A stretch of DNA of 51,838 bases, taken from assembly GCA_944391725.1 (NCBI GenBank), contig CALXUQ010000004.1:1-51838 (forward strand). Reading direction: 5' to 3'. Positions 49,741 through 51,838 of the stretch are shown here, piece by piece (position 1 is the stretch's first letter; every line of letters begins with the position of its first letter). Made by a program: the position numbers and the translations under genes. This DNA comes from an uncultured Alphaproteobacteria bacterium. GTDB taxonomy: Bacteria > Pseudomonadota > Alphaproteobacteria > RF32 > CAG-239. The notes under the pieces are model-generated. The model had not been told where the DNA came from. It was given only the letters and a program-made list of their open reading frames with translations, and did not search any database.

Positions 49741-50076
49741 CTACGAGTTATCAAGTAGTACATTTACCGATTCGCAGGCATTATAGAAAAGTTTTTTAGT
49801 TTTGTCTATATATTTTTTTATTTCTGCAATTTTTTCGCCAGAAAGTATAGATTGTTCAATAATTTCACAGTTTTTAGAAAGTTCGTCTAAGCCAAAAACC
49901 AAGGAAGATGAGCGGAGAGAATGAAAACAAAGACGAATTTCTTCCGGAGTTTCGTTTTCGATATTTTTTAGTTTATTTTCTGTCGAATCGCGAAATTCGC
50001 GCCACAACATTTGCATCTTCTCTGCCCCAAATACGGCCATATATTGCTCCAAGGCAGCCTTATTTATTGTTGTCAT
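49741..50076 (-). CDS. Stand-alone Hpt phosphotransfer protein
   Basis: FHSLRSSSLVFGL..LS..C..IE Hpt signature; overlaps the end of the upstream regulator gene. Confidence 0.8.
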   Translation of the reverse strand: MTTINKAALEQYMAVFGAEKMQMLWREFRDSTENKLKNIENETPEEIRLCFHSLRSSSLVFGLDELSKNCEIIEQSILSGEKIAEIKKYIDKTKKLFYNACESVNVLLDNS

Positions 50077-50743
50077 CTTTCAGCAACCCCCATTCTTTAG
50101 CTTTGATCAATGCGGCCGTCCGATTGTAAACACCGAGCAATTTTAAGATAGCCGTCACATATAATTTAACCGTACCTTCGGTAATGCCGAGTTCAAAGGC
50201 AATTTGTTTGTTAGAGAGGCCTTTGGCGATTAGCCCAAGCACATCGGTCTGTCGCGGAGATAATATTTTGTGTGTATTCTCATTTCCATCCACAGGTTGC
50301 AGGCCGGCTTCCTCTTGTTTTAATAAATCGAGGTTGGCATCAGGCTCGCTGTCCAACAGCACCTGAGGAATATGCACTCCTCCGGCCAACACCATATCAA
50401 TTGCTTGCAAAATTTCCTGATTGGAGGCCGCCTTAGATATATATCCGGCCGCACCGATATTGATTGATTTTTTCACAATTTCTTTTTCAAACACGGCCGA
50501 AAGAATGATAACCGGAGTTTCGGGCAGTTCGGTATGAATTTTTTTTAAGGCTTCCAGCCAATGTGCGCCGGGCATGGCCAAATCGGTCAACACCAAGTCA
50601 AAATCTTTTTGCTTGGCGATAATTTCAAAAATTTCCGTATAACTTTTAGCGGTAGTAATTTCAAAATCAGCCCGATATTCAGACAAGACTAATTCCAAAC
50701 CTTTCAAAAACAGTTCATGATCATCGGCGACCAGAATTTTCAT
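50060..50743 (-). CDS. NarL/LuxR-family response regulator
   Basis: ADDHELF, TDLAMPG, GAAGYISK, LSPRQ...GLSNKQIA.ELGITEGTVK. Confidence 0.93.
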   Translation of the reverse strand: MKILVADDHELFLKGLELVLSEYRADFEITTAKSYTEIFEIIAKQKDFDLVLTDLAMPGAHWLEALKKIHTELPETPVIILSAVFEKEIVKKSINIGAAGYISKAASNQEILQAIDMVLAGGVHIPQVLLDSEPDANLDLLKQEEAGLQPVDGNENTHKILSPRQTDVLGLIAKGLSNKQIAFELGITEGTVKLYVTAILKLLGVYNRTAALIKAKEWGLLKDDNNK

Positions 50744-50746
50744 TGG

Positions 50747-51490
50747 CTATTCTCCTTTGGTGTTCCAATCTCCGCAAATTGCCTGCCAGCAAGACAGTGC
50801 GGCAGCAACCGCGGTTTCGGCTCGCAAGATTCTTCGACCGAGAGAAACTCCCCGAGCAAAATCTTGTTGGGCCAATTTTTCCAGCTCATCGGGAGCAAAT
50901 CCGCCTTCCGGTCCGACCAAAATTGCAGCCGGAGCGTATCCTTTGTGAAAAGCAGAGATAACATTCTCCCCTTTTCCGGTTTCATCCATATAAAACAATT
51001 TGCGCTCAGCGGGCCAATTTTTCAAGAGTTCGTCCATTTGTATCGGCGCCGAAATTTCCGGCACTTCCAACCTGCGACACTGTTCGCAAGCCTCAATTGC
51101 TTGAGCCTGATATCTTTCCAATCTGACCTTATCGGAGATAGTATGCTTGGTAATGGTTGGCACAATTTTGCGTACGCCGAGTTCGCAAGCCTTTTCGATA
51201 ATAAAATCGGTTTTATCTTTTTTGATTGGCGCAAACAAAAGCCATAAATCCGGAGGCAGGTAGAAATTGCGCAGCTTATCCAAGCGCAATAGAGAAAGAT
51301 TTTTTTTTCCGGTTTTGCACACCCGCAACGCAAACTCTCCGCTCTGTCCGTCAAAACCGGCAATAATCTCGCCATCCTCGATTCGCAACACATTGTTCAG
51401 ATAATGTAGTTGTTCCTCACTAGGGACAATCTGAGATAAGGTGGATAAATTTTGCTGAAAATACAGTCTGATTTTGATTTTTTGTGACAC
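50747..51490 (-). CDS. rsmE: 16S rRNA m3U1498 methyltransferase
   Basis: HYL.NVLR, EKACELG, EACEQC.R, VGPEGGF, SLGRRILRAETA. Confidence 0.95.
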   Translation of the reverse strand: MSQKIKIRLYFQQNLSTLSQIVPSEEQLHYLNNVLRIEDGEIIAGFDGQSGEFALRVCKTGKKNLSLLRLDKLRNFYLPPDLWLLFAPIKKDKTDFIIEKACELGVRKIVPTITKHTISDKVRLERYQAQAIEACEQCRRLEVPEISAPIQMDELLKNWPAERKLFYMDETGKGENVISAFHKGYAPAAILVGPEGGFAPDELEKLAQQDFARGVSLGRRILRAETAVAAALSCWQAICGDWNTKGE

Positions 51491-51492
51491 GT

Positions 51493-51819
51493 TTAACCTA
51501 TAATCACCTTGATATACCTTGACTTAACTACTTTAAACAGATTGTCGGAATTGTCAATACAATCAAGATAAATCATCGTGTTGCCGAGATTATAGGTATC
51601 AAACACCAGTTCTAGTTTGTTGCCGCTTTTGGTTCGCGCAATCAAACTAATTCCGTCGGTGCATTCCACATGCCAGTTCATGCCGGGGAACTCTTGGAGC
51701 ACGATTCGCACCTGTTTTCCAATAGGTGTAAAAATACGTCCCACATCATCCTCTACATCAACAAATTCATCTTCAACTGATGCGGGGAGCGGGCCAAATA
51801 ATCTTAGGGCAATTTCCAT
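51493..51819 (-). CDS. Hypothetical protein
   Basis: 108-aa ORF ending 2 nt before the rsmE start; true start may differ near the window edge. Confidence 0.5.
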   Translation of the reverse strand: MEIALRLFGPLPASVEDEFVDVEDDVGRIFTPIGKQVRIVLQEFPGMNWHVECTDGISLIARTKSGNKLELVFDTYNLGNTMIYLDCIDNSDNLFKVVKSRYIKVIIG

Positions 51820-51838
51820 ATCGGGGTTGCCGATGTAA

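Overview
A mostly housekeeping chromosomal segment of an alphaproteobacterium. The gene set and protein style suggest an uncultured Rhodospirillales/RF32-like lineage (inference only). Core genes: gyrB, der, bamB-like, yfgM-like, a diguanylate cyclase, an rlmD-like methyltransferase, tkt, fba, rpe, phoB, tgt, dnaJ, dnaK, a thymidine/AMP-phosphorylase-family gene, accD, lapA, ihfB, macAB-tolC, a cbpA-like J protein, lemA, an M20 peptidase, rquA-like, rsmE, and five tRNAs. The most unusual signals are non-coding. (1) Two copies of a cassette, about 29 kb apart, read promoter - structured RNA with a C4/CI-antisense-like cloverleaf - intrinsic terminator - near-identical XRE-HTH gene - conserved 3' structured repeat. 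The stems are conserved while the loop/target sequences differ, and copy 1 carries a 269-nt insert bounded by 32-nt inverted repeats. (2) Two tandem ~185-nt tRNA-Ala(CGC)-derived structured repeats lie directly upstream of the intact tRNA. Protein-level points of interest: a tgt-LOG-EamA-ABC operon, a phosphorylase homologue with substituted active-site residues, and an rquA homologue at the end of an rsmE-response regulator-Hpt gene run. All family assignments come from motif recognition by eye; no database searches were run.
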